From: an uncultured Nitrospiraceae bacterium | Lineage (GTDB): Bacteria; Nitrospirota; Nitrospiria; Nitrospirales; Nitrospiraceae | Direction: 5' to 3' | NCBI GenBank assembly: GCA_963846575.1 | Contig: CAWJWJ010000001.1 | Coordinates: 544,001 to 608,000 of the forward strand | DNA length: 64,000 nucleotides | Part shown: piece after piece, positions 39,333 through 48,960 of the stretch | How positions within the stretch are numbered: the stretch's first letter is position 1 | Layout: each line of letters begins with the position of its first letter | Notes under the pieces: generated by a model | Databases searched by the model: none | Seen by the model: only the letters and a program-made list of their open reading frames with translations | What the model was told of the DNA's origin: nothing | Made by a program: the position numbers and the translations under genes

Positions 39333-41054
39333 ATGAATCGCGGGAACTTGTTCCATCGAACACAGACGAGTGCCATCGTGATCCTGGCCTGCCTGCTCAA
39401 TGTCTGGATCGGACCTGCCGACCCAGCCCAGGCCGCCGGGATGAAAAAACACTCCATGCCAGGCAAACCCAAGGGGACCCCGGCCGTTCAGGCGGCGGTG
39501 CGGTATGCCGAGGCCGTGGCGCACGGCGATCGCGTGACCACCGGCCAACTGGACTTTGCCTGCCAATACCGGTTCATCACGTCCTCACCGACGAAGGTGA
39601 AGGGTTTTGCCCCTGCCGGTGATCCATCCTACGATTCCTGCTGGCGCACCTTAACCGACGCGCATGCACCGGTGCTCAAGCGAACCGACACGGCCATGGA
39701 CGTCATATGGCCGAGCGCCGGCCCGCTGGTATTTTTCGGTGATGAGTTGCCCAGAACCCCGGCATCCGCATTCGTGATGGATGCATTGGGCACTTCGCCT
39801 CCGGGCACTGACCTGAAGGTCACCCCGATCAACAGTCGGGCCATTCCAGCCGGTTCCTTCCGTCTTGGAGGCAGAGGCAAAGTCCTGGGCGTCCCGACCA
39901 CGCTGGTGGAGTTATCCGTGGAGTACCACGATCCTCTGACCTCTCCGGTCACCTATGCTGCCGGCAACGTCAAATGGACCAGCCCGATCAAGCGCCCCCG
40001 GCGGGCGCTTAAATCCGTGACCACCCAGTGGGTCGTGTTCACCGGGCTGAAACAGCATGGCTTTCCCGGAGATGCCGCGGTGTTTAATCTGCCGGTGGAA
40101 GGGCAAGCCGAAGCGCCTGGTATGGTTGCGGACAAAATTCCTTTCGCCACGGAACGGAGTCGGGCGTTGCCTGAGTCATTGAAGTGGTGGGGACCGGAGG
40201 ATCAGCCCGGGACCTTAACCGCCGCCGCCGCCCGCGCCGCCAGTTTTCCCGATCTGCGCGACCGGGTGGCCCTGCTCAACCGGGTGCTGCTGATCGATCC
40301 TCAACAACCTGAAGCCCTCACCGTGTTGACGCAGCATCTCTACAGCGTGCTCCTGTATGAAGGACGCACCAGCCATCAATTGAACGTGAAGAACCCGGCC
40401 CTCGGGCTGGTGGTCGATGAGTTTTATTGGAATATCTATGCGCAGGGAGCCCGCATGGACCTATCCAACAGTATGGAAATGGGCGGCCTGTCCCAACCGA
40501 CACCGGCCGACTTCCTGTATCGCCTGATCCCGGCCCTTGAAACGCTGGTCAGCATCCGACCGGACCAGCTCGACAATCGTTTCCGGCTCGGGGTCGCCTA
40601 CCGCTGGAACAATGATCAGGGTCCCATGATCCACACCTTCGAAGCGCTGGTCAAAGACATCCCAGAGAACCGGCAGACTCCGAAGGCCGAGGCACTGCTC
40701 CAGTTAGCCTGGTCGCGCATCAACAAAGTTTCCTGGAACCGGATTCTGCATGACCCCGAGACGCCCCAGGCCTACGCTGATGCCGAAGCGTCCTTGGCTC
40801 ATGCCCAGATCCCGCTCGACAAATTTCTAGCCGAATATACGATGGCCTACAGCATGATCTTCCTGCCGAACTATGGGGACAAGACGAAGATGCTTCAGCA
40901 CCTCACCGAGGCCAAACGCTGGTTCGACGAGGTGCCTGGCAACTCAGAGGAAGTGTGGCGGTATTTCCTACGAACGGAACTGCTCCATGCCGTACTCGAC
41001 GCCGATCCCATGTTCAAACCGATACTGGCTACCATCGCAGAACCTCACGCGTGA
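39333..41054 (+). CDS. Secreted hypothetical protein with C-terminal TPR-like helices
   Basis: About 573 aa; signal peptide (AQA); ALLNRVL.IDPQQPEAL and FRLGVAY TPR-like segments. Confidence 0.7.
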   Translation: MNRGNLFHRTQTSAIVILACLLNVWIGPADPAQAAGMKKHSMPGKPKGTPAVQAAVRYAEAVAHGDRVTTGQLDFACQYRFITSSPTKVKGFAPAGDPSYDSCWRTLTDAHAPVLKRTDTAMDVIWPSAGPLVFFGDELPRTPASAFVMDALGTSPPGTDLKVTPINSRAIPAGSFRLGGRGKVLGVPTTLVELSVEYHDPLTSPVTYAAGNVKWTSPIKRPRRALKSVTTQWVVFTGLKQHGFPGDAAVFNLPVEGQAEAPGMVADKIPFATERSRALPESLKWWGPEDQPGTLTAAAARAASFPDLRDRVALLNRVLLIDPQQPEALTVLTQHLYSVLLYEGRTSHQLNVKNPALGLVVDEFYWNIYAQGARMDLSNSMEMGGLSQPTPADFLYRLIPALETLVSIRPDQLDNRFRLGVAYRWNNDQGPMIHTFEALVKDIPENRQTPKAEALLQLAWSRINKVSWNRILHDPETPQAYADAEASLAHAQIPLDKFLAEYTMAYSMIFLPNYGDKTKMLQHLTEAKRWFDEVPGNSEEVWRYFLRTELLHAVLDADPMFKPILATIAEPHA

Positions 41055-41064
41055 GCAGCAACGA

Positions 41065-41096
41065 CGGCGGGACCCGGCAATGCGCGGGTCCCGCCG
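41065..41096 (+). terminator. GC-rich hairpin after the CDS (weak U-tract)
   Basis: CGGCGGGACCCG-N8-CGGGTCCCGCCG. Confidence 0.5.
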
Positions 41097-41297
41097 CCTG
41101 TTCGCCGGTGCCTCTCCACGTTTCCCCGCCCCTCACCCGCCGCTCAGGATCGTCACGATAGCTTCCTCACGACGGTTTGAAGTGCACGACACGGCGATGG
41201 CTCACGGGATCTGCAAAGGAATTCGACGTATCTATCTTGACAGGGTTCTCGATGGCCGGTTGCCTTCACGACGGCCCTCTAACCGAGAGAAGGACAC

Positions 41298-42350
41298 ATG
41301 ATTATGAACGACGTACAAGCCTATGCCGCGATGACTGCCACGACTCCGCTTGCGCCACTCACTATTTCCCGGAGGAAAGTCGGGCGGCAGGACGTGCTCA
41401 TCAACATCCTCTATTGCGGCGTATGCCACTCAGACCTGCACCAGGCGCGCGATGAATGGGGCGGGTCGCTCTTTCCGATGGTGCCGGGACATGAAATCGT
41501 CGGGACCGTCGAACAGGCCGGTGCATCGGTGAAAGGGTTGAAGGTGGGGCAGATGGTAGGAGTCGGCTGCTTCGTCGATTCCTGCCGGACATGCCCCTCT
41601 TGCAAGAAAGGCCTGGAACAGTACTGCGAGGGCCATCTGAGCTTCACCTATAACGGCAAGGAGCGAGACGGCGTCACGCCGACCTACGGCGGATACTCCA
41701 CTAAAATCGTGGTCGACCAGCGCTATGTCGTTCGAATTCCCAAGGGCTTACGTCCCCAGGAAGCCGCGCCGCTCCTGTGCGCCGGCATTACGACCTATTC
41801 GCCGTTGCGCCATTGGCGGGTAGGAAAGAAACATCGGCTCGCCGTGGTCGGATTGGGAGGCCTGGGCCATATGGCCGTGAAAATCGGCAAGGCCCTCGGC
41901 GCGGAGGTCACGGTGCTGAGCCACTCCGACAAGAAACAGGCCGACGCCAAACGGCTTGGAGCGCGGGCGTTTTACGCCACTTCGAAACCGGAGACCTTCA
42001 CAACCCTGGCGAAGCGATTCGATTTCATTCTGGACACCGTCTCAGCGCCGCACGATTTGAATGCCTATCTGGACTTGCTTAAAACCGATGGCACCATGAT
42101 TCTCGTCGGGGCTCCGGACAAACCCGCTCAATTAGGAGCGTTTCCCCTCATCCTCAAGCGACGGCGGTTGGTGGGCTCGCTGATCGGCGGGATCAAAGAA
42201 ACGCAAGAGATGCTCGATTTCTGCGGAAAACATAAGTTCGGGTCCGACGTCGAAGTCATTCCCATCCAACAGATCAACGCGGCTTACGATCGCCTCGTCC
42301 GGGGCGACGTGCGCTATCGATTTGTCATCGATATGCAATCGCTCAGGTAA
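41298..42350 (+). CDS. NAD(P)-dependent zinc alcohol dehydrogenase (cinnamyl-ADH/YahK-like)
   Basis: CGVCHSD, GHEIVG, C..C..C.......C, LLCAGITTYSPL, GLGGLG, YRFVID. Confidence 0.93.
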   Translation: MIMNDVQAYAAMTATTPLAPLTISRRKVGRQDVLINILYCGVCHSDLHQARDEWGGSLFPMVPGHEIVGTVEQAGASVKGLKVGQMVGVGCFVDSCRTCPSCKKGLEQYCEGHLSFTYNGKERDGVTPTYGGYSTKIVVDQRYVVRIPKGLRPQEAAPLLCAGITTYSPLRHWRVGKKHRLAVVGLGGLGHMAVKIGKALGAEVTVLSHSDKKQADAKRLGARAFYATSKPETFTTLAKRFDFILDTVSAPHDLNAYLDLLKTDGTMILVGAPDKPAQLGAFPLILKRRRLVGSLIGGIKETQEMLDFCGKHKFGSDVEVIPIQQINAAYDRLVRGDVRYRFVIDMQSLR

Positions 42351-42471
42351 TCCCGCGTCTGCTGCATGGTGGTCCACCCGTGAAGCCTTGGAGGAGCTTG
42401 ATTTTGACGGGGTGGAGCGGGATTGCGTCAGGGGAGGGGCTACGGCGGCAGACCAGCGTGACCGGATCCGG

Positions 42472-42496
42472 GCCGGGCGGCGACCTGCCGCCCGGC
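42472..42496. terminator. Hairpin between the convergent adh and nirK genes
   Basis: GCCGGGCGGC-gacct-GCCGCCCGGC. Confidence 0.55.
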
Positions 42497-42506
42497 GGCT
42501 GGTGCG

Positions 42507-43499
42507 TTACTTGATCGTGAGATCCTGCTCGGTCAGCTTGATCGGTTCGACAAACGGCATGAGAGCCAGCGGTTTGGCCTCCTTGCTCACCTTCAAGAGC
42601 GCGATCGCTCCACGAAGCGCATCCGTGAGTGAATGCGTGACGATCGGATAGACGCCCTCATCCTCCCCGACGACCATGTCGAGGATGGCAGCTCCCGCCG
42701 GTGGAATCAGTTGCGTTTGAACCCCCCGGGTATGGTTGGCAGGATTCCCGCTCTCCCAGACATCACTCCAAATCTCCGCGATCGGGTGGACGGCCGAGAC
42801 ATTGTTAGGACCCGCGTTGACGAAGTAGAACCGGACCCGTTCGCCCGGCCCGGCCTCTAAGAACTCTCCTCCCGCCTTGCTGTGCACGGGATCGTAGCGG
42901 AAGACAGAGCCGTTAAAGACGACGTGTTGATACTTCCGGTCGAACATGGCATCCACGTCATCCGGATCTTTAAATAGCTCGCTTTGAACCAGCACGTACT
43001 CACGGTCGGCCTTCGGCATCGCCTTTGGATCTTTGGGATCCACGATGATGGCTCCCATCATCCCGCGTGCAATGTGCTGAATCATCGGAGAGGCGCCGCA
43101 GTGGTAGGCGAAGATCCCCGGCCACTTGGCCTCGAACTTATATTTGAGCGACTCCCCGGGGCGCAGCTCCTTGTAGTGCTCCAGGAAATTGGTTTTAGCG
43201 GCGTGGAAGTCCATCGAATGGGGCCGTCCATTGGTCTCGGGATTCGTGAGCGTGAAAATGACCTCGTCACCTTCCTGCACACGTATCACCGGGCCGGGGA
43301 ACTGGCCGTTGAACGTCCAGGCATCGTAGGTATGTCCTTCGCCATCGATGACGAGCTTGGTTTCCACCGCCGTCATGGACACCTCGACGACTTTCGCGAG
43401 AGCTGCATCCACAGGCAGCAGGGCCAGACTGTAGATCGACGCCATTCCTAGAACGGTCGCGATCATCGATCGCCTGGTGAAACGGTGTTGTGCTGTCAT
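42507..43499 (-). CDS. nirK: Copper-containing nitrite reductase
   Basis: Twin-arginine-like signal (TRRSM); HSMDFH, YHCGASPMIQHIARGM (type 1 Cu H/C/H/M), VHPI (catalytic His), VTHS (type 2 Cu His); GGAGG RBS. Confidence 0.88.
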   Translation of the reverse strand: MTAQHRFTRRSMIATVLGMASIYSLALLPVDAALAKVVEVSMTAVETKLVIDGEGHTYDAWTFNGQFPGPVIRVQEGDEVIFTLTNPETNGRPHSMDFHAAKTNFLEHYKELRPGESLKYKFEAKWPGIFAYHCGASPMIQHIARGMMGAIIVDPKDPKAMPKADREYVLVQSELFKDPDDVDAMFDRKYQHVVFNGSVFRYDPVHSKAGGEFLEAGPGERVRFYFVNAGPNNVSAVHPIAEIWSDVWESGNPANHTRGVQTQLIPPAGAAILDMVVGEDEGVYPIVTHSLTDALRGAIALLKVSKEAKPLALMPFVEPIKLTEQDLTIK

Positions 43500-43559
43500 A
43501 GTACAGGGGCTCCTCCATGTTAAGAATGATCGAGAACGGGGTCTCGCAAATCTGCATGG

Positions 43560-43605
43560 AGGATACCGACCCCTCAACAAATAAAACATGACATTTGTCA
43601 TGTTT
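43560..43605 (-). promoter_or_regulatory. nirK promoter: -10 TATCCT plus 22-bp palindrome with CRP/FNR-family geometry
   Basis: AAACATGACA-TT-TGTCATGTTT at 43584-43605; its centre is at -41.5 relative to the start inferred from TATCCT (43565-43560). Confidence 0.7.
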
Positions 43606-43786
43606 CTAAAATATCGCGCGACCTGCCGCTTCATCCCGGTTACGAACAGCACGGTCTGAGGGAAATCTGGCGCTTCCCGATCGTATGCCGGTCTGACGAG
43701 AGTTGCAGGCGGACGCTCACTGCACTCACCGGTCGGCACCTCCTCGCGGTGCGCCTCTGCCGGCAGGAAGGCCACCTGGCCGGTCC

Positions 43787-45157
43787 CTACCTCCTTTCCA
43801 TCTTGGACAGCTCTCCCAGATAATGCACGAACGCTTTTATGCCGCCGGAGGCTTGGCCCCAGTCGAAGTATTCGTTGGGAGCATGATAGCCATGCTCGGG
43901 CAGGCTGAGTCCCATGAAGAGGATCGGCACCTTCCAGAGCTTCTGCATCGTCACCACCGCGCCGATCGATCCGCCCTCGCGGATAAAGGCAGGCTCTTTG
44001 CCGAATCCCGCCTTTACCGCCCGCTTCACGGCCTCGACGTAGGGCCCGTCGAACAGGCCGCGGAACGGCTGCAACATCCCTTCGCGCTCGACCGTCACAT
44101 CGGGATTAAGCTTGGCGACATATTGTTTTAACAACGCAAAGGCTTTCTCCGGCGTTTGATTCGGCACCAGCCGCATGCTGACTTTCAGTTCTCCATGTCC
44201 CGGCACGACCGTTTTGACTCCCGGACCATGATAGCCACCGACCAGACCATGCACCTCGAAGGTCGGCGCGGCCCAGATCCGTCGCATAATCTCCGCCGGG
44301 TCCTGCGTGCGCAACGTCTTGAACCCATAGGCCTGCTTGAACTGATTCACCTGAAAACCGGACATGAGAAAGCTTTTGATCTCCGCCTTCGTCGGCTCGA
44401 CGACATCCTGGTAGAACCCGGGGATCTTCACCTTTCCGGTCCTCGCATCGACGCAGGCATGGACAATGTCCATCAGCTCGGCCAGTGGATTCCGCGCCGC
44501 CCCGCCTGTCACGCCGGAATGGGCATCCTTGGATCCGGTGCGCAGAATCAGGCGCGCGCCGAGCAAACCGCGCAACCCGTAGGGCATCGCCGGCCGCTTT
44601 TTCGACAGCCAGATCGTGTCCGAAATCACCACCGAATCCGGGCGGGGAATCGCAGCGCGGTTCTTGATAGCGCTCGCAAAACTGGGGCTGCCGTTTTCTT
44701 CTTCCAACTCCCAGAGAAGTCGCACATTGATCGGCACGCCCTGCTCAATGGCATACCGCGCGCCAAATAACGCCGCGAGGGCCGGCCCCTTATCGTCTGT
44801 AGCTCCGCGCCCGCGATAGAGGCCATCATCCTTTTGAAAGACAAAGGGGGCCTGTTTCCACTCGGGCTCTTGCGCCGGTTGCACATCCATATGGTTGTAG
44901 ATCGTCACGGTCGGATAGCTGGGATCGACCGTCCATCCGCCTGAAACCACCGGGTAGCCCGTGGTTTCGACGATGTTGGCTTCCGCGCCGGAGGCCCGCA
45001 GATATTGCGCCGCCAGTTCCGCCATCCTCCGCACATCGGACGCATGGCGCGGATCCATGCTGATCGAGGGAATCTCAACCGCCTGTCCCAGCATGTCTTC
45101 ATATCGTGGACGGAGATCCCTGATATAGATGTCTAGCTGCCGCTCCAAATCGCGCAT
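43787..45157 (-). CDS. M20 family metallo-dipeptidase/hydrolase
   Basis: YNHMDVQP, GRGATDDKG, EEENGS, HSG, GGSIG, HAPNE. Confidence 0.92.
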   Translation of the reverse strand: MRDLERQLDIYIRDLRPRYEDMLGQAVEIPSISMDPRHASDVRRMAELAAQYLRASGAEANIVETTGYPVVSGGWTVDPSYPTVTIYNHMDVQPAQEPEWKQAPFVFQKDDGLYRGRGATDDKGPALAALFGARYAIEQGVPINVRLLWELEEENGSPSFASAIKNRAAIPRPDSVVISDTIWLSKKRPAMPYGLRGLLGARLILRTGSKDAHSGVTGGAARNPLAELMDIVHACVDARTGKVKIPGFYQDVVEPTKAEIKSFLMSGFQVNQFKQAYGFKTLRTQDPAEIMRRIWAAPTFEVHGLVGGYHGPGVKTVVPGHGELKVSMRLVPNQTPEKAFALLKQYVAKLNPDVTVEREGMLQPFRGLFDGPYVEAVKRAVKAGFGKEPAFIREGGSIGAVVTMQKLWKVPILFMGLSLPEHGYHAPNEYFDWGQASGGIKAFVHYLGELSKMERR

Positions 45158-45254
45158 CGTGCTGCCTCCTAGTGATCGGCGGGGATTATATCGACTTGAA
45201 AAGCGAAAACACAGGACCGGGGCGATGCCCGGCAAAGAATGGTAGAATGCTCCG

Positions 45255-45743
45255 ATGAGTGCCGATTCGTCACAGACCGCAGAGTGCCTACGTACATGGT
45301 TGATCTGCGGCCTCGTGGGTGCGACCTTCGGCACCCTCGTGAATTGTCCGCACGCGTCGGCTGGCGAACCGGTCACCGTGCAAGAGATCCTGGCCGACCC
45401 TTCCCTGTTTCACTTGCGACAAATCACCTTGCGCGGAACCGTGCGAAACGTCCAGCCACTTGATCCGTACGAAATCCCGGCGGGTTCCACCTGTTACGGC
45501 GGCTATCTGTTCGGCCTGGAGGATGACACCGCGCTGCTATCCGTGGCAGTGCCCGGACTGTGCGGCGTGCCAATGGTCAAAGACCCCGACGTGGAAGACG
45601 GCGAGCGGGTGGCGGTAGAAGCCACGGTGCAAGCTCCCAGCCACGGAGGGTATGCGCTGAGCTTTAAAGGCGGAAAGATCGCCGTGGATCAGGAAGGTAT
45701 CGTTCAGGCGATCGCCAACCGCATCACTCCGCTGGTCGAATAA
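45255..45743 (+). CDS. Exported hypothetical protein (OB-fold-like)
   Basis: Signal-like N-terminus; V.EIL.DP......I...G.V; L.D.T....V; G..V.V.A.V. Confidence 0.6.
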   Translation: MSADSSQTAECLRTWLICGLVGATFGTLVNCPHASAGEPVTVQEILADPSLFHLRQITLRGTVRNVQPLDPYEIPAGSTCYGGYLFGLEDDTALLSVAVPGLCGVPMVKDPDVEDGERVAVEATVQAPSHGGYALSFKGGKIAVDQEGIVQAIANRITPLVE

Positions 45744-45746
45744 CCT

Positions 45747-46697
45747 ATGACTCATCCCCTCCGCGACGTCATTCCCTCACCCGCCACTCCCTCCGATACG
45801 CGCATTGGCTGGATCGGCACGGGCGTCATGGGGTCGCCCATGTGCCAACACCTGCAAGAGGCGCGGTACCGGGTCACGATCTTCACGAGGAACCGGAGCA
45901 AAGCCTCATACGTACTGGCCAAGGGAGCCACGTGGGCCGACTCCCCCGCCGCGGTGGCCGAACAGAGCGACGTCGTCCTGACGATGGTCGGGTTTCCATC
46001 GGATGTTCGGGAAGTCTACTCGGGCGAACAGGGGCTTCTGACTGCCGTACGGCCGGGGATGGTTCTGGTCGATATGACCACGACGGAGCCGTCACTGGCG
46101 CAAGAACTCTCCCTCTCCGCTCAAACGCAGGGAGCCTTTGCCGTCGATGCACCGGTCTCGGGCGGGGATGTGGGCGCGCGCAATGCCACTCTGTCGATCA
46201 TGGTCGGTGGCGCCACCAACGCGGTCCAGGCGATCATGCCCTTGCTCGAACGCCTGGGCAAAAAGATCGTTCATCAAGGCGATGCCGGAGCGGGCCAGCA
46301 TGCCAAGCTCTGCAATCAAATCGTGATCGCCGGCACCATGATCGGCGTCTGCGAGAGTTTGCTCTACGGGTACAAGGCGGGACTTCAGTTGGATCGCATG
46401 GTCGAATCGATCCGGGGCGGAGCCGCCGCCTGCTGGACCCTGGAGAACCTGGCCCCGAGAATTCTCGCTCGTAATTTTGATCCCGGCTTCTTCGTGGAAC
46501 ATTTCATCAAGGATATGGGCATTGCGCTGGAGGAAGCAGGCCGACGGCAACTCACCCTGCCCGGTCTCAGCCTCGCGCACCGGCTCTACGAGCGGGTGCA
46601 GGCACTCGGCCACGGTCGCGCCGGCACCCACGCCCTCATGCTGGCACTCGAAGATCTGTCGCACGTCGACTTGCCCAAGCCGCCAGCCTCGCCGTAA
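45747..46697 (+). CDS. Beta-hydroxyacid dehydrogenase (3-hydroxyisobutyrate/tartronate semialdehyde reductase family)
   Basis: IGWIGTGVMG, DAPVSGGD.GA, KLCNQ, KDM.IAL. Confidence 0.92.
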   Translation: MTHPLRDVIPSPATPSDTRIGWIGTGVMGSPMCQHLQEARYRVTIFTRNRSKASYVLAKGATWADSPAAVAEQSDVVLTMVGFPSDVREVYSGEQGLLTAVRPGMVLVDMTTTEPSLAQELSLSAQTQGAFAVDAPVSGGDVGARNATLSIMVGGATNAVQAIMPLLERLGKKIVHQGDAGAGQHAKLCNQIVIAGTMIGVCESLLYGYKAGLQLDRMVESIRGGAAACWTLENLAPRILARNFDPGFFVEHFIKDMGIALEEAGRRQLTLPGLSLAHRLYERVQALGHGRAGTHALMLALEDLSHVDLPKPPASP

Positions 46698-46710
46698 TCA
46701 GAGGACTATT

Positions 46711-47442
46711 ATGAAAGCAGGTACCCTATCGAGATTGCTGACCGTGACTCTGGTGGTGATGTTGGCCGGATGCAGCGGCAGTCGCGGCCTCAATCGACTG
46801 GCCTTGCAGAAATCGTTTTACGACAATCCCGACATCGTCACCAACCAGGACATCGCGGCGACCATGACGCTGCGCGGAACCCTTCCTGCGCCCTATCGTC
46901 TGGCCATTTTCTTTAAACAAAAGGATTTCCCCGGCAGCCCCACCTTGAGAAAGGCGGACTGGGTCAGCGCGGACGCCGCACTCGTCCAACGGGCGCTTGA
47001 ACCCGTCAAAGAAGAAGGAATTATCCGGCAGATTTTTCTCCTCGCGAACTCGACCGTGCAGGGCACAACCTTGCGCGACATCCGCCTCGCCGCGGCCCGG
47101 TACAATGCAGACGCAGTCCTGGTGATAGACGGCGCCTCCGCCTCGGAACGCTACAACAACGGTTATGCCTGGTGGTATGCCACCGGCATCGGTGCGTATC
47201 TGGCCCACGGAACGGAAAGCCATGCCCTGTTCCTGATGGAGGGGACGTTGTGGGATGTGCGAACCGGCTATCTCTATGGGACGCAGACGGCGGAAGGCGA
47301 GACCACACTCATCGGACCGGCAACATCGCTGGAGGACAGAACCGCGATTGCCGAGGCGAAAGAGGTCGCCTTGGATCGATTCGGAAAAGAAACCGCCGGG
47401 ATGCTACGGCTGCTGAAGGAGAAGCAGAGCACGGTCAAATAA
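46711..47442 (+). CDS. Hypothetical lipoprotein
   Basis: Lipobox LAGC; GAGGA RBS; L.DVRTG.LY pattern. Confidence 0.7.
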   Translation: MKAGTLSRLLTVTLVVMLAGCSGSRGLNRLALQKSFYDNPDIVTNQDIAATMTLRGTLPAPYRLAIFFKQKDFPGSPTLRKADWVSADAALVQRALEPVKEEGIIRQIFLLANSTVQGTTLRDIRLAAARYNADAVLVIDGASASERYNNGYAWWYATGIGAYLAHGTESHALFLMEGTLWDVRTGYLYGTQTAEGETTLIGPATSLEDRTAIAEAKEVALDRFGKETAGMLRLLKEKQSTVK

Positions 47443-47615
47443 GCGCTTCACGCTTAGTCTCAGCCATTTTGTAGGCCGGATCCTTCCCGCGCGTGCTCCC
47501 GAAACTGTGGCGAACGCCAGGCCCGTCCGCGATGAACCGCGGAGGCCCAGCGAGCACGCCCGCGCCGGACAAGTGCATCTGACTGCCGCAGTGGTTGCGG
47601 CTGGAGACGTCCGGG

Positions 47616-48866
47616 TCACGGACTATCGAAGGTCCAGAGAATGCCGATTAATACCAGATGCTGATTCGGGGTAAGGCTGATCGCCCCCGGTTGACTATCT
47701 CTTCGACTGAAGAATCCTCCCCCTGCTCCGGTTGATTCATCCCATCTGTGTTCGAGCCGCACCATCGTGTTGGTCCACCGGTAAGGAATCCGGTACTCGA
47801 CCGTGGAAGTCACCGCTTTCACGAATTGCTCCGATCCCGTCCAGCGGCCATTTCGATCCCAGTAGAACTCCGGCCGAACCGCCAGCGTCCAGGGGCCGGC
47901 CACATGCCATCGCGCGACCACGTTCCCGCCCGTCACGAACGCCCGAGGATTCCCGGGACGATCGGCGATGTTCTCCGTCCCCACATCGTAGGAAGCCGCG
48001 AGCGTGAGTTCGTCACCTCTCCACTCGACGATATGGTTGACATAAAAGCGCCAGAAATCCAGGGCCGTATTGGTCTGGTCCGGCCCTGCATACAGTGTTT
48101 GCGTCACGGTGAGATGCGAGGTGGCTTTGTAGGCCCACTGACCGCCGTAACTCGGTCGATCGTTGGGGCGGGACAGGTGGTAATAGCCATTCACGATGAA
48201 GGCGGTCATCGTAAGCTTCTCAGTCACAGGATACCTGGCGTTGACGCCAAACATCATGTAGGGCGTGTTGTCCGCAATCCACGAGCGGGTGTAATTAGGG
48301 TTGTCCTTGGCATACAGCGACTCATAGCCGATGAGACTGTTAAACAGTCCGGCGGTGATCGTCAGTCCGTTCCCGACCGGGGCGAGATACGAGAGATTCG
48401 CGCGATGGAGGTGCCGGAGCGTATCCGCCCCGCTGACCTCCCGTTCGCCCTGCAGGAACGCAAAACGTTCCGAGTCGTATCCTCCTTGTATCCCGAGTTC
48501 CATACCCCAGCGGGATGACTCAGTCACATCCTTGCGGACATATGCGAGCGCCATATTGGGAGCGAGTTCGTTGTGGCGGGCAGCGGTCGCGCGATTGCGC
48601 CAGAGATGATTTTCCGGGAAATTGAAGTTGACGATGTATCCGATATCCAGGTAGGCGCCGTAATGCCAAAGATCCGTCCCGGTTGAGGGTATCGATTGCG
48701 GTGCCGAAGGGATGTCCTCCGCATGGGCCGGCGCAGATACCATCAGGCAGAGCACCACCCACCAGAGTCGGCCCAACACACCGGACCGGACGGCGTCTAG
48801 TACCCCTCCGCCACCAGGTCTCACGCCCAGGAGATGCTTCATCTCACGCACATTCTCAAAAACCAT
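47616..48866 (-). CDS. Putative beta-barrel porin (OmpL-like/BBP2 family)
   Basis: Signal (AHA); AGLF.S.IGYES...KDN.NYTRS..A...PY motif; VRPE; family often found beside kdp genes. Confidence 0.8.
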   Translation of the reverse strand: MVFENVREMKHLLGVRPGGGGVLDAVRSGVLGRLWWVVLCLMVSAPAHAEDIPSAPQSIPSTGTDLWHYGAYLDIGYIVNFNFPENHLWRNRATAARHNELAPNMALAYVRKDVTESSRWGMELGIQGGYDSERFAFLQGEREVSGADTLRHLHRANLSYLAPVGNGLTITAGLFNSLIGYESLYAKDNPNYTRSWIADNTPYMMFGVNARYPVTEKLTMTAFIVNGYYHLSRPNDRPSYGGQWAYKATSHLTVTQTLYAGPDQTNTALDFWRFYVNHIVEWRGDELTLAASYDVGTENIADRPGNPRAFVTGGNVVARWHVAGPWTLAVRPEFYWDRNGRWTGSEQFVKAVTSTVEYRIPYRWTNTMVRLEHRWDESTGAGGGFFSRRDSQPGAISLTPNQHLVLIGILWTFDSP

Positions 48867-48960
48867 CCCTGTTGATCGCGGACATTTCGCGCGTGATTTC
48901 GCATCACAAGAGGAGGCAACCGAATATGACAGGCTAAGTCGTGCAAGTCGGTGGAAGCAC

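Noticed and set aside
43500..43775. N-terminal extension of nirK given by the ORF track
   Set aside because: The RBS and signal peptide fit the ATG at 43499; the extension overlaps promoter elements.
47443..47615. kdpF-like peptide or kdpA remnant downstream of the porin
   Set aside because: No hydrophobic small ORF or KdpA-like sequence was recognisable.
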